Made by a program: the position numbers and the translations under genes | Shown here: in pieces, positions 10,441-21,900 of the stretch | Numbering within the stretch: the first letter of the stretch is position 1 | Layout of the letters: each line of letters starts with the position of its first letter | From: Candidatus Latescibacterota bacterium | GTDB lineage: Bacteria > Latescibacterota > UBA2968 > UBA8231 | Direction: 5' to 3' | Length of the DNA: 64,000 nt | Assembly: GCA_965223905.1 (NCBI GenBank) | Contig: CBDCXV010000011.1 | Span: 672,001-736,000, forward strand | The notes under the pieces: generated by a model | The model's database searches: none | What the model was told of the DNA's origin: nothing | Seen by the model: the letters and a program-made list of their open reading frames with translations, nothing else

Positions 10441-11250
10441 ATGGGAAAGAAGAAAATGATGGGCATTAGCCTGACCTTGGCCGCTCTGCTCGTAGCAAGC
10501 TGGGCGCTGCCGGCCGCAGCCACCGACTACGCGGCCTCGAACTACCTGCCGCTGGCCGTGGGCAACTCGTGGACCTACGGACATTCTGTCGTAGGGCTTA
10601 CGCCCTACGATGAGGATAAGAGCCATTGGCCTACGTACACGGCGCAGTTCCCTAAGAGACCCCAATTCACGATCACGGTGGAGCGCACGGAGGTGATTGA
10701 CAGCAAGACCTACTTCGTGATCAGCGACATGCCGGACCACTGGCCGCCGGCGCCGCCGCATTTCATCGTCGGCAAGAAGCTGCGCTGGGAAGGCACCCAC
10801 CTTATGGAACGCACCTCGGATGGAGAGCATGCGATCTTTCGCTTCGACGGCACTGCCTCGGACTACACTACCTCGACGATGGTCCCTTGGGAAGGAATGG
10901 ATCTGTACGAGACGGAATACGCGATCCCGACGGTAGAGGGGGACAATCAAGTCAAGGTGGTGGCGGGATGGGAACCGGTGCCATGGTATTCGTTCACGTT
11001 CTGGGGCAACGATGAAGGGGGGCGTGGATGCGGCTTTGTTTGGGGGTATGGTTCCAACGGATGCGGTTGGGGGATTAGCGGATCCGATGTTGCCGTGCTA
11101 TTCGAAAACGATGCGACTCCCCTTCGGGGGGTAATCGGCGGCAACCGGGTAGAATTTTCCGATGCGTTGATCCCCACCTCTTCGTCGTCCTCTTCCTGGG
11201 GCAGAATCAAGAATACGTTTTTCGCCCATGACGGGAGGACCAGCCCATGA
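10441..11250 (+). CDS. secreted partner protein A2
   Basis: Paralog of A1; 3' half nearly identical to A1; RBS GGAGG. Confidence 0.85.
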   Translation: MGKKKMMGISLTLAALLVASWALPAAATDYAASNYLPLAVGNSWTYGHSVVGLTPYDEDKSHWPTYTAQFPKRPQFTITVERTEVIDSKTYFVISDMPDHWPPAPPHFIVGKKLRWEGTHLMERTSDGEHAIFRFDGTASDYTTSTMVPWEGMDLYETEYAIPTVEGDNQVKVVAGWEPVPWYSFTFWGNDEGGRGCGFVWGYGSNGCGWGISGSDVAVLFENDATPLRGVIGGNRVEFSDALIPTSSSSSSWGRIKNTFFAHDGRTSP

Positions 11251-12272
11251 GTCGCCATTTCTTATGGATCGCCCTCCTGCCGTTCCTCGGGGCGCACTCG
11301 GTCCTGGCCACTGGGTCCCCAGACACCTGGGATCGATCAATGACTCTGGACGTGGTCCTGGTCACTTTTCAAGATGCGACCACTGGAACCGGGGTATATC
11401 ACTTGCACGACCGGCCCTACGGCACCAATCCCGGGGAGTCGGCCGATTCCATATACACGTTGCGCGACTTCGAGCGGCTCTTCAGTGGCGGGTACGGCGT
11501 CCTGCCGGATTTTGTCGGGACCAATCAGACGGTGGGTGACGGCCATGTGCTGCCGGAGGTTTTCGGCAGTGTGCGGGCCTACTTCGATTCCGTATCCAAC
11601 GGAATGTTCCAGTTGAACGTGCGCATGATCAATCCTGCTGACTCGGAGGGTTATCCCCGCTGGATCGAGCTGCCGCGCCCCAAGGCCGAATACGCCACGA
11701 TTATGATAAATGATCGAACCCGTCGGCCTGATGGAGGATTACGGGGGGATCTTTTCTGGGACGATGCCTACGAGACGGCGATGGACTCGGTGCGCTGCTG
11801 GAACCCTTCTTCGAACGTCCCGGGGGCAAACTGCGGGGTTTCGGCGATTTCCACGTACGCAATTACCGGAATCGGCCCTGGCGCCACCGTGGCTCAGCGA
11901 GTGGGGCACAAGGTGGCCTACCTGTATTCGGGAGCCACCTTCAAGGGGAGATCTCCTGCCGGTCTGCTGCATCCGAATGCCGATCTCCATACAGAGACCC
12001 ATCCGAGTAGTTCAGATGAAGTCGGTTACCGCTACGTGATGGGGGAGCGGGAGGGCAGCCATAACGATGACAACCGAACCATTGACGAGTTCGCTCCGAT
12101 TTACACCCATGCCCACGAAATCGGCCACCTGTTGGGGCTTTATCACGGTGGGGGCGGGGTAAGTGTTCCCAATCCGTACATGCCTGGCTCAACCTCTACC
12201 GCCCGGGGGGGGCAATATGCTCCACTGGGTGTTGATGCAAGGCAACGGAGCGGGGCCGGAAGTGATAAATAA

Positions 12273-13735
12273 GGCTATATCCGGATTCTTCAAAGGGCAT
12301 TTTATAGCGTTTACAGAGGGAGATTTCGAGGGTTTCACACTGTACGGAATCGGGCCGGAATCTGCGCCGGGATATCGAGGTCTCCGACACACAGATAAAT
12401 CAGGTCGGCAAAGGCATCCAGAGATTTAAATCCACTGGCGCGGTTCTTGAGCATGCGCACGACGCGGTTGAGGCCTTCGGCGGCGGCGTTGGTCAGGTGC
12501 GTACCGATGAAGGCGGTGATGCCGGCCGCCTGCTTTCGCACGGTGCCGACGAACCTGCGCAAGGGTTCCAGGCGGCTGCGCAGGGCCGCCGTCGTCCACT
12601 TCTTGAGGAAGCGTTCGGCGGCCCAGCGCGCCTTGTAGCGCCAGAAGTGCTCGAACTCGTCCTTCAGGCGCCAGGCGCGGTAGATGCGGCGGTTGGCCTT
12701 CTCCAGGGTTTGGAGCGTGCGCCGGTCCTTTCGCGAGCGCTGGGCGGAGTGATGCAGCAGCACCCAGCGCAGGCCCTTGAGCAGCTTGCGGTCCTCGCCG
12801 CAGGCTTGGCGCCACTGCTCCTTGCGCACCTCGTCGACGGCTTCGTTGAGGGCCTTGACGACGTGGAACCGGTCCAGGACCAACTCGGCGTTGGGACAGT
12901 GCCGGCCGATGGCGCCGATGAAGGTCTCGCTCAGGTCGCAGCAGGCCCAGCGGATGCGGTCCTTCTGGGAGGCGCTGAGATGGTCGCGGAAGAACGCGTC
13001 GATGGTTTCCCGTGCCTTGCCCTGGCCGACCCACACCACGCGGGAGCGTTCCAGGTCGTAGACCAGGGTGGCATATTTATGGCCCTTGGCGTAGGAGATC
13101 TCGTCGATGCCCACCGTCTTCAGCCCGCGGATGCGATGCCCCGTACGCCGGCGCTCGATGAGCCGGTGCAGCTGATCCGACAGCGTCGACGGGGCCAGAC
13201 CCAGCAGGCGTGCGGCGGCGGCCTGCGTCATCCACTGGCAGTAGGTCAGCAGCAGGTATTCGAAGCGGTAGCTGACCCGGGCCGAGCGCGCCGCCCAGGG
13301 GGCCTCCTCGAGGCGACGGCCGTGGGTAGGGCAGCGGATCTCCCGGGGGGCGTGGTGCAGCCACACGGTACGGCCGCCGACGCGGACATCGCGCCAGCGG
13401 CGGGGCTCCAGGACCTGAACGATGCGGCCCCGGAGCCCGCACTCGGGACAGCGGCAGCCGTTCTTTTGGGGCTTGACCTTGACGACGACAGCCGCTTCTT
13501 CCCCGCGTCCTTCGAACCACACGCTCACCGCGCGAAACCCCTTGAAGTTGAGCAGCTTGGAGACGAACTTCATAGCGGTCATAGGTCGCCTTCTCTCTTT
13601 CCCTTTGGGGAGTGCTTGATGGGGATACACCAAGCATAGGGAACGACCTATGGCCTTGTCATGTACTCAGAGGAACAGCAAAGGCTCAGGTACTGCCGTA
13701 CTTACGTTTCGGCGTTGAAAAACCCGGATAGAACC
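12273..13735 (-). mobile_element. complete ISL3-family element, 1463 bp
   Basis: Imperfect IRs GGCTATATCCGGATTCTTCAA / GGTTCTATCCGGGTTTTTCAA (rc); 8-bp TSD ATAAATAA at 12265-12272 and 13736-13743. Confidence 0.95.
12335..13582 (-). CDS. ISL3 family transposase
   Basis: CPECG/CPTHG zinc finger, GIDEISY..GHKYAT, CCDLS, LDRFHVVK, TNAAAEGLN. Confidence 0.95.
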   Translation of the reverse strand: MTAMKFVSKLLNFKGFRAVSVWFEGRGEEAAVVVKVKPQKNGCRCPECGLRGRIVQVLEPRRWRDVRVGGRTVWLHHAPREIRCPTHGRRLEEAPWAARSARVSYRFEYLLLTYCQWMTQAAAARLLGLAPSTLSDQLHRLIERRRTGHRIRGLKTVGIDEISYAKGHKYATLVYDLERSRVVWVGQGKARETIDAFFRDHLSASQKDRIRWACCDLSETFIGAIGRHCPNAELVLDRFHVVKALNEAVDEVRKEQWRQACGEDRKLLKGLRWVLLHHSAQRSRKDRRTLQTLEKANRRIYRAWRLKDEFEHFWRYKARWAAERFLKKWTTAALRSRLEPLRRFVGTVRKQAAGITAFIGTHLTNAAAEGLNRVVRMLKNRASGFKSLDAFADLIYLCVGDLDIPAQIPARFRTV

Positions 13736-15088
13736 ATAAATAACGGCTACCATACGCCCTACCGCTCCTGCCCCCCTCCAATCAATCCCTTCTACCAGTG
13801 GGACCTTGGGTGGATCACCCCGACCCCTATCACCGGATCCCAAGACAATTATGAAATAGAGCCCGGCACGGTGCAGCTTATCACCCGGGGCGATATCGAG
13901 TACCCTGCTGGAGCGTCGTTCGCACGATGGTCAAGGCCCCCCTCACGACAGCGGAAGAGGAATCTCATTCGGCCGCTACATCCTTTACCATGAGTACGCC
14001 GAAGATCCGGGTCTTTTTATCTGGAGGCGCAGTACTACATATCCTGCAACTTGGACCACACACCGCATCAATAACGCCCAGGAACGTCGGCAACCGCTGC
14101 TGATCGTAGCCGACGACCGTCGTATTGGCAACGCGCGCGATCAAGAACAAAACCCGAGTATACCCGAATACCAGGACATGCTGTTCGATCCTTTTCCGGT
14201 GGTGGGAACCACCACTTTTACGATTGGGAGCACCACTTTAACCCAGGGGCCGGTCAATGAGGTTTTTTCCGACAGGGCCGCCATCGGTCTGCGCCAGACC
14301 ACTTCTAGTGGGAACTTTGATGGCGAGCAGGTGGACCCCGGCGAGGTGGGGTTTGCGGTCACCGACATTACCCGCACCGAGGTCACGGGCAGGGCGGACC
14401 GGATCAGAGTGGACGTCATTCTTCTTCCCTCGGCTCCGTCGAACCTGACGGTGGCAGCCGGCGGCGGCGCGGCCATCCTGAGCTGGGACGATCCGGACGA
14501 CTTCAGCCTCGATAGATGGGAGTATCAACAACAGGGCGAGAGCGACTGGGTGGAGGTTCCCGTCGACGACGACCAATTGACCCGTGACGAGGCGACGGGG
14601 ACCCTCTCGTATCCGGTGATGGGTCTGACCCACGGGGAGATGTACAGCTTCGAGGTGCGGGCGCACAACGCCGCGGGGTGGGGGCCGGCCGCGGGGCCGG
14701 TCGAGGTGACGCTCAACACGGCGCCGGTGGTTTCAGGACCTGGAACCCCCTCGTTCGATGAGAACGGCGAGCAACCGGTGGCCACGTACACGGCCACCGA
14801 CGCACAGGAGGACGGGATCACCTGGTCGCTGACGGGGGCAGATTCCGCGGCGTTCGATCTCCCCACCGAGGCTACGGGCAATTCGTTTGACCTTTCGTTC
14901 CGGTCAGCGCCCGACTACGAGAATCCGACCGATGCCAACCTGGACACGGTCTACGAGGTCATGGTGGTGGCCACCGACGACGGTGTGCCGCCGCTGCCTG
15001 GGAGCTAACAGGAACAGATGCGCATGAATCACCCGGATCGGAGACCCTAAACTTTAACTCTTCAATTTGAACGATGGAGGAAAGCATC

Positions 15089-15838
15089 ATGGAAAAGAAA
15101 AAAATGATGGGCATCAGCCTGACTCTGGCCGTCCTGCTCGGTCTGGGCGGGGCGCAGCCGGCCGCGGCCACGGACTACCAAGCTTCGGACTACCTGCCCT
15201 TGGCGGTGGGCAACTCGTGGACCTACGAGCACGATTACTACGATCCAGGCATAGACGAAAGCCAATGGTCTGCATACACGGCTCAGTATCCCTCGGACCC
15301 TCAGTTCACGATCACGGTGGAGCGCACCGAGGTGATCGACGGCAAGACCTACTACGTGCTCAGCGACATGCCGGACCACTGGCCGCCGGCGCCGCCGCAT
15401 TTCATCGCCGGCAGGAAGCTGCGCTGGGAGGGCACCCACCTGATGGAGCGCACCTCGAACGGCGAGCAGGCGATCTTCCGCTTTGACGGGACGGACTACC
15501 AAGTCTCTACGGATGAGGGGGATTTCCAGGTCACGGTGAGAACGTCGTATTCAAATCCAGTACCAAAGTATGGTTTCGACTTTAATGGTGGAGTAGGGGG
15601 TGGAGTCCGATTCCTTGCGGGCTATGGTATCGAGAGAGCTGTTCAAATTCGCTTCAGTATCGATGTCACAACGTTCATTAACGAGGTAAGACCAGTCCGG
15701 GCGGTGATCGGGGGACGTCAGGTGGAACATGCCGACGCGGAGAAGACCCCGATCGACACCTCTTCCTCATCGTCTTCCTGGGGTGGGGTGAAGCAGACGT
15801 ATTTCGCCCATGCTCCTGAAGGGAGGACCAGCCGATGA
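15089..15838 (+). CDS. secreted partner protein A3
   Basis: Signal peptide, YLPLAVGNSWTYEH, tail SSSSSSWGGVKQTY. Confidence 0.85.
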   Translation: MEKKKMMGISLTLAVLLGLGGAQPAAATDYQASDYLPLAVGNSWTYEHDYYDPGIDESQWSAYTAQYPSDPQFTITVERTEVIDGKTYYVLSDMPDHWPPAPPHFIAGRKLRWEGTHLMERTSNGEQAIFRFDGTDYQVSTDEGDFQVTVRTSYSNPVPKYGFDFNGGVGGGVRFLAGYGIERAVQIRFSIDVTTFINEVRPVRAVIGGRQVEHADAEKTPIDTSSSSSSWGGVKQTYFAHAPEGRTSR

Positions 15839-18063
15839 GTCGCCCTTTCTTGTGCATCGCCCTCCTGCCGGTGCTCTGGGCGTATTCGGCTGAGGCCGCC
15901 GGGTCAGCTTTTACCGGGAGGGCGTCTACTACCGCAGAGACGTTCCCCTGTACGCTGGACGTGGTGCTGGTCACTTTTCAAGATGCGACCACCGGAAGCG
16001 GGAATTATCACTTGTATGACCGGCCTTACGGCACCAACCCCGGGGAACCGGCCGGTTCCAGCTACACGCGGAGCGACTTCGAACGGTTGTTCGTCGGGGA
16101 CACGGTCACCGTGGCAGGCGGCCATGTGCTGCCGGAGGTGTTCGGCAGTGTGCGCGCCTATTACGACTCCGTATCCAACGGGGACTTCGAGCTGAACGTG
16201 TGCATGATCAACCCGGCCGGTGAGGACGGCTATCCCCGCTGGATCGAGCTGCCGCACACCAAGGCCCACTATGCCGAGATAACCAGCATTCCTCTTAGCA
16301 GAACGCACCAAGAATTCTTCGACGAGCTCTACGACACGGGGATGGACTCGGTGCGCTGCTGGAACCCTACGCCATTTCCAACCGATCCTGACCCGCCGAC
16401 CTGCGGGAGGAATTCAGCGGTAACCGGGTACGCCATAACCGACATCGGCCCTGACAACTCCGTGGATCAGCGGCTGCGCCACAAGGTGGTCTACCTGTAT
16501 TCCGGTGCCACCTTTAAAGGCAGAGATCCCGCCGGCCTGCTGCATCCGCAAGCGGACTTGCATACCCGGACCAATCCGAGCCGATCATCTCACGTCGGCT
16601 ACCGCTACGTGATGGGGGAGCGGGAGGGCAGCCACCGGAATGAAAACCGCAGCATTGACGAGTTCGCCCCGATTTACACCCACGTTCACGAAATCGGTCA
16701 TTTGCTGGGCCTCCCTCACGGCGGGGGTAAGGTGAGTGGCTCCAACCCCAATCCTTACGTGCCTGGCACGAACTATGCAACTCCCAAGGGGGCCAATCTG
16801 CTGGAATGGACCTTGATGCAAGGCAACGGGTCCGGGCCGGAAGTGGAAGAAAACGGCTACCATACGCCCTATCGCTCCTGTCCCAATCCGATTAATCCCT
16901 TTTATCTGATGGACTTGGAATGGATTGACCCGCCCACCCCTATCACCGAATCCCAGGACAATTTCGAAATAGGGCCCGGGACGGTACACCTGATCGACCG
17001 GGGACGTCACCAGTATCTGCTGGAACGGCGTTCCCACGACGGAAGCGATGGAATCTCATTCGGCCGCTACATCCTTTTTCACGAGTTCCAAGAGGATCCG
17101 GGTCTTTTTATCTGGCGACGAAGAACCTTTGCAACCCAACCGCTGCTGATCGTGGCCGACGGCCGGCGCATCCGGAACGCGCGCGATCAAGAACAAAACC
17201 CGAATATCCCCGAATACCAGGACATGCTTCTTCGATCCATTTCCGGTTGAAGCTACCCCTGTGACGGGAGGGAGCGTCAATTTTACCCAGTCGGCGGTCG
17301 ATGCGGTTTATGACAACATGGCCGACGTCGGTCTGCGCCAGACGACGGAGAATGAAGATCCCCCGGGGGATGCTGGTCGCCAAACAGATCCCATGGAGGT
17401 GGGTGTGGGTTTTGCGCTCACCAACATCACCCGCACCGATGTCACGGGCAGGGCGGATCGGATCAGGGTGGACGTCACTTTTCTTCCCAGGGCTCCGGCC
17501 AACCTCACCATAGAAGCCGGCGACGGCTCGGCCATCCTGCGCTGGGACGATCCGGACGACTTCACCCTCGATAGATGGGAGTATCGGCAGGGCGGGGGCG
17601 GCTGGGTGGAAGTTCCCGTCGACGACGACCAATTGATCCGCGTCGAGGCGACGGGAACCTTCAGGTATCCGGTGGACGGTCTGACCAACGGGGAGATGTA
17701 CAGCTTCGAGGTGCGGGCGCACAACGCCGCGGGGTGGGGCCGGTGGCGGGGCCTGTCGAGGTGACGCTCAACACGGCGCCGGTGGTTTCAGGTCCTGAGA
17801 CCCCCTCGTTCGATGAGAACAGCGAGCAGCCGGTGGCCACGTACACGGCCACCGACGCGGACGGAGACGCGATCACCTGGTCCCTGACGGGGGCGGATTC
17901 GGCGGCGTTCGATCTCCCCACCGACGCTACAGGCAATTCGTTTGACCTTTCGTTCGGGACGGCGCCGAACTACGAGCAACCGGCCGATGCCAACCTGGAC
18001 ACGGTCTACGAGGTCACGGTGCAGGCCACCGACGACGGTATGCCGCCGCTGCCTGCGAGCTAA
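15835..18063 (+). pseudogene. M6-like metzincin protease copy B3 (head + FN3 + cadherin), two frameshifts (possibly sequencing errors)
   Basis: HVHEIGHLLGLPH, WTLMQG; extra T at ~17229 and G4 instead of G5 at 17736-17739; ends DDGMPPLPAS*. Confidence 0.85.
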
Positions 18064-18143
18064 CAGGACCAAGTGCAGCATGAATCACATCGGGCACCTG
18101 CGGTTTACGAATATTTCGTTAACGCGAACGAAGGAGGAGCAAC

Positions 18144-18908
18144 ATGGAAGCGAAGAATAAAATGAACATCAGCCTGACCCTGGCCGTCCTGCTCGGACTC
18201 GGCTGGGCGCTGCCGGCCGCGGCCACCGACTATGCGGTTTCGGACTACCAGCCGCTGGCCGTGGGCAACTCGTGGACCTACGAGCATTCTCACTCTGGCC
18301 TGGATAGAAGCCAATGGTCCGCTTACACCGCACAGTTCCCTAGGACACCCCAGTTCACGATCACGGTGGAGCGCACCGAGGTGATCGACGGCAAGACCTA
18401 CTACGTGATCAGCGACATGCCGGACAACTGGCCGCCGGCTCCGCTGCTTTTCATCGCCGGCAGGAAGCTGCGCTGGGAGGGCACCCACCTGATGGAGCGC
18501 ACCGGGGACGGCGAGCAGGCGCTCTTCCGCTTTCCCGCCGAGACGGACTACGAGGTCTCAACGGACGAAGGGCTTATTGAGGTCTCGGGGCTCATGTGGA
18601 GCAGTCATCCTGTGCCGTTATATACGTTCGAATATCCTGTTCCCAGCCTGGTGGGGGGAATAGGGGGAAGCGGGTTCCTTGCGGGGTATGGCATGGATGG
18701 ATGCGGTGATGAAATCTTCTCAATCGATGTCCCCCTATTTGGAAACGGTGTATTTGCGATCCGGGCGGTGATCGGGGGGCGTCAGGTGGAATATGCCGAC
18801 GCTTGGAGGGGGAGGACCCCGATCGACACCTCTTCCTCATCGTCTTCCTGGGGTGGGGTGAAGCAGACGTTGTTCTCCCATGCTCCTGAAGGGAGGAACA
18901 GCCGATGA
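18144..18908 (+). CDS. secreted partner protein A4
   Basis: Signal peptide, YQPLAVGNSWTYEH, tail SSSSSSWGGVKQTL. Confidence 0.85.
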   Translation: MEAKNKMNISLTLAVLLGLGWALPAAATDYAVSDYQPLAVGNSWTYEHSHSGLDRSQWSAYTAQFPRTPQFTITVERTEVIDGKTYYVISDMPDNWPPAPLLFIAGRKLRWEGTHLMERTGDGEQALFRFPAETDYEVSTDEGLIEVSGLMWSSHPVPLYTFEYPVPSLVGGIGGSGFLAGYGMDGCGDEIFSIDVPLFGNGVFAIRAVIGGRQVEYADAWRGRTPIDTSSSSSSWGGVKQTLFSHAPEGRNSR

Positions 18909-21900
18909 GTCGCCCTTTCTTGTGTATCGCCCTTCTGCCGCTGCTCTGGGCGAGTTCTGTTGAGGCTGCCGGGTCGCGGAATACTTGGAGATCCCCCACT
19001 ACCCTGGACGTGGTGCTGGTCACTTTTCAAGATGCGACAACTGGAACCGGGGTTTATCACTTGCACGACCGGCCCTACGGCACCAACCCCGGGGAGCCGG
19101 CCGACTCCAGCTACACGTTGCGCGACTTCGAGCGCCTCTTCAGTGGCGGGTACGGCGTCCTGCCGGATTTTGTCGGGACCAATCAGACGGTGGGTGGCGG
19201 CCATGTGCTGCCGGAGGTGTTCGGCAGTGTGCGGGCTTACTTCGACTCCGTATCCAACGGGATGTTCCAGTTGAACGTGCGCATGATCAACCCGACCGAT
19301 GAGGACGGCTATCCCCGCTGGATCGAGCTGCCCGAAACCAAGGCCCACTATGCTGAGATCTCCAGCACTTTAAGTAGACGCCGAACTTTCTTTAATGGAC
19401 TCTACGCCACGGCGATGGACTCGGTGCGCTGTTGGAACCCTACGCCATTTCCAACCGATCCTGACCCGCCAACCTGCGGGAGGAATTCAGCGGTAACCGG
19501 GTACGCCATTACCGACATCGGCCCTGACAACACCGTGGCTCAGCGGCGGCGCCACAAGGTGGTCTACCTGTATTCCGGTGCCACCTTCAAGGGAAGATCT
19601 CCTGCCGGCCTGCTGCATCCGCAAGCGGATTGGCACACAAGGACCACCCCGGGTATGGCCGACGACGTAGGTTACCGCTACGTGATGGGGGAGCGGGAGG
19701 GCAGCCATCGGAATGACAACCGAACCATTGACGAGTTTGCTCCGATTTTCACCCATGCCCACGAAATCGGCCACCTGTTGGGCCTCTACCACGGCGGGGG
19801 TTTGAAGAACGGACCTAATCCGTACATGCCTGACTCAACCTATATGAATGACGGGGCGGCCAACCTGCTGGACTGGGGTTTGATGCAAGGCGACGGAGCC
19901 GGGCCGGTAGTGGTAAACAGGGGCTATCATTCGGTCTATCGCTCCTGTCCCAATCCGATTAATCCCTTCTATCTGATGGACTTGGAGTGGATCGACCCGA
20001 CCGAGGTCATCGAGATCATTGGGAATCAGGACGACTACGAAATAGCGCCCGGGACGGTGCACCTGATCGACCGGGGCGCTCACGAGTATCTGCTGGAACG
20101 GCGTGCTCACGACGGGATAGACGGGATCTCATTCGGCCGCTACCTCCTTTATCATGAGTACGACGAAGATCCGGGTCTATTTATCTGGCGGCGTGAGACA
20201 TTGCCTAGATCCACGACTGCCCGAGAACGTGCGCAACCGCTGCTGATCGTGGCCGACGGCCGGCGCATCCGGGACGCGCGCGATAACGAGCCGACCCGGG
20301 ATATACATCGATACCAGGATATGCTCTTCGATCCGTTTCCGGTGGTGGGGGACACCACATTTATGATTGGGACCACCACCTTCACCCAGGGGCCGGTCAA
20401 TGAGGTTTATGACAACATGGGTGGCGCCGGTCTGCGCCAGACGACAGCTACCGGGAGGGATGGCGGTGAGCAAACAGATCCCATGGAGGTGGGTTTTGCG
20501 CTCACCAACATCACCCGCATCGATGTACCCGACGGGGCGGATGAGATCACGGTGGACGTCATCTTTCTTCCCAGGGCTCCGGCCAACCTCACCGTGGAAG
20601 CCGGCGATGGCTCCGCCATCCTGACTTGGAACGATCCGGACGACTTCACCCTCGATAGATGGGAGTATCGGCAGGGCGGGAGCGGCTGGGTGGAGGTTCC
20701 CGTCGACGACGACCAATTGATCCGCGTCGAGGCGACGGGGACCCTCTCGTATACGGTGATGGGCCTGACCAACGGGGAGATGTACAGCTTCGAGGTGCGG
20801 GCGCACAACGCCGCGGGGTGGGGGGCGGGCTCGGGACCTTTCGAGGTGACCCTCAACACCGCGCCGGAGGTCATGGGTGAGGCAAGTCCCTCGTTCGATG
20901 AGGACAGCGAGTCGACGGTGGCCACGTACACGGCCACCGACGCGGAAGGGGACGCGATCACGTGGTCGTTGACGGGGGCGGATGCCGCAGCTTTCAGCCC
21001 GCCCTCCGACGCAACGGGCAATTCGTTTGACCTTTCGTTTCGGTCACCGCCGAACTACGAGAATCCGACCGATGCCAACCTGGACACGGTCTACGAGGTC
21101 ACGGTGGTGGCCACCGACGACGGTATGCCGCCGCTGGATGCGAGTTATCCGGTGACGGTGCCCTTGAACAACGTCGACGAAGAGGGCACGGTGACTTTGT
21201 CCACGACTACGCCCCTGGTGGGTCATCCGTTGGGGAGCGCGCTCGGTGAACCGGATGGGGGCGTGACCGATCTCCGGTGGCAGTGGCAGCGCCGGTTGAG
21301 TGGTACGAAGAGGTGGGAAGACGTCTCTTCGAGCCGGGCCCGGTCCGAGGAATTCCATCAAGGGCAGGGGTATACGCCGAAACCGGGGGATGTGGGGTAT
21401 GAACTGCGGGCGACGGTCGGCTATACCGACGTGCATGGCCCGGGCAAGAGGGCGCAGAGCCCCGAGTCCGCCCCGGTGGTGGACGTGCCTTCGGCGCCTC
21501 GGAACCTGGAGGCGGCTGCGGGGAACGCCCGGGTGGATCTGAGGTGGGATCCGCCGCTCACCGACAACGGTTCGGCGCTGAGGGGGTATGGGTATCGCTA
21601 CGGCAGCGGCGGCAGTTGGACCCCGGGGACTCTGGGGCTGACGCCGAGTCACACGATCGATCAGTTGACCAACGGCACGGCCTACACCTTCGAGCTATGG
21701 GCGGTCAACGGGGCGGGGAACAGCGACCCCACCTCGGTGACGTCGACGCCGCTTGGAGTTCCCGACCCGCCGGTATTGAGCGTGGAGGAGGGGGACGGCC
21801 GGGTGCGGCTGCGGTTTGTACTGGGGTCGGACAACGGGTCGGGGATCACGCGCCGGGACACGCGGGTGTATCGCCTGGTCGACGGGGCCAGGCTGTGGCC

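Larger units (their letters stand above)
11247..15008 (+). pseudogene. M6-like metzincin protease copy B2, interrupted by ISL3 and two +1 frameshifts
   Basis: HAHEIGHLLGLYH at ~12110-12146; removing the IS restores GPEVINNGYHTPYRSCP; extra G in run 12205-12212 and extra C at ~13903; ends DDGVPPLPGS*. Confidence 0.88.

Noticed and set aside
8915-18125. Integron attC sites at cassette junctions (CTAAC/GTAAC after stops)
   Set aside because: No matching GTTRRRY end or consistent L/R box pairing, no integrase in the window, and the cassettes are paralogs
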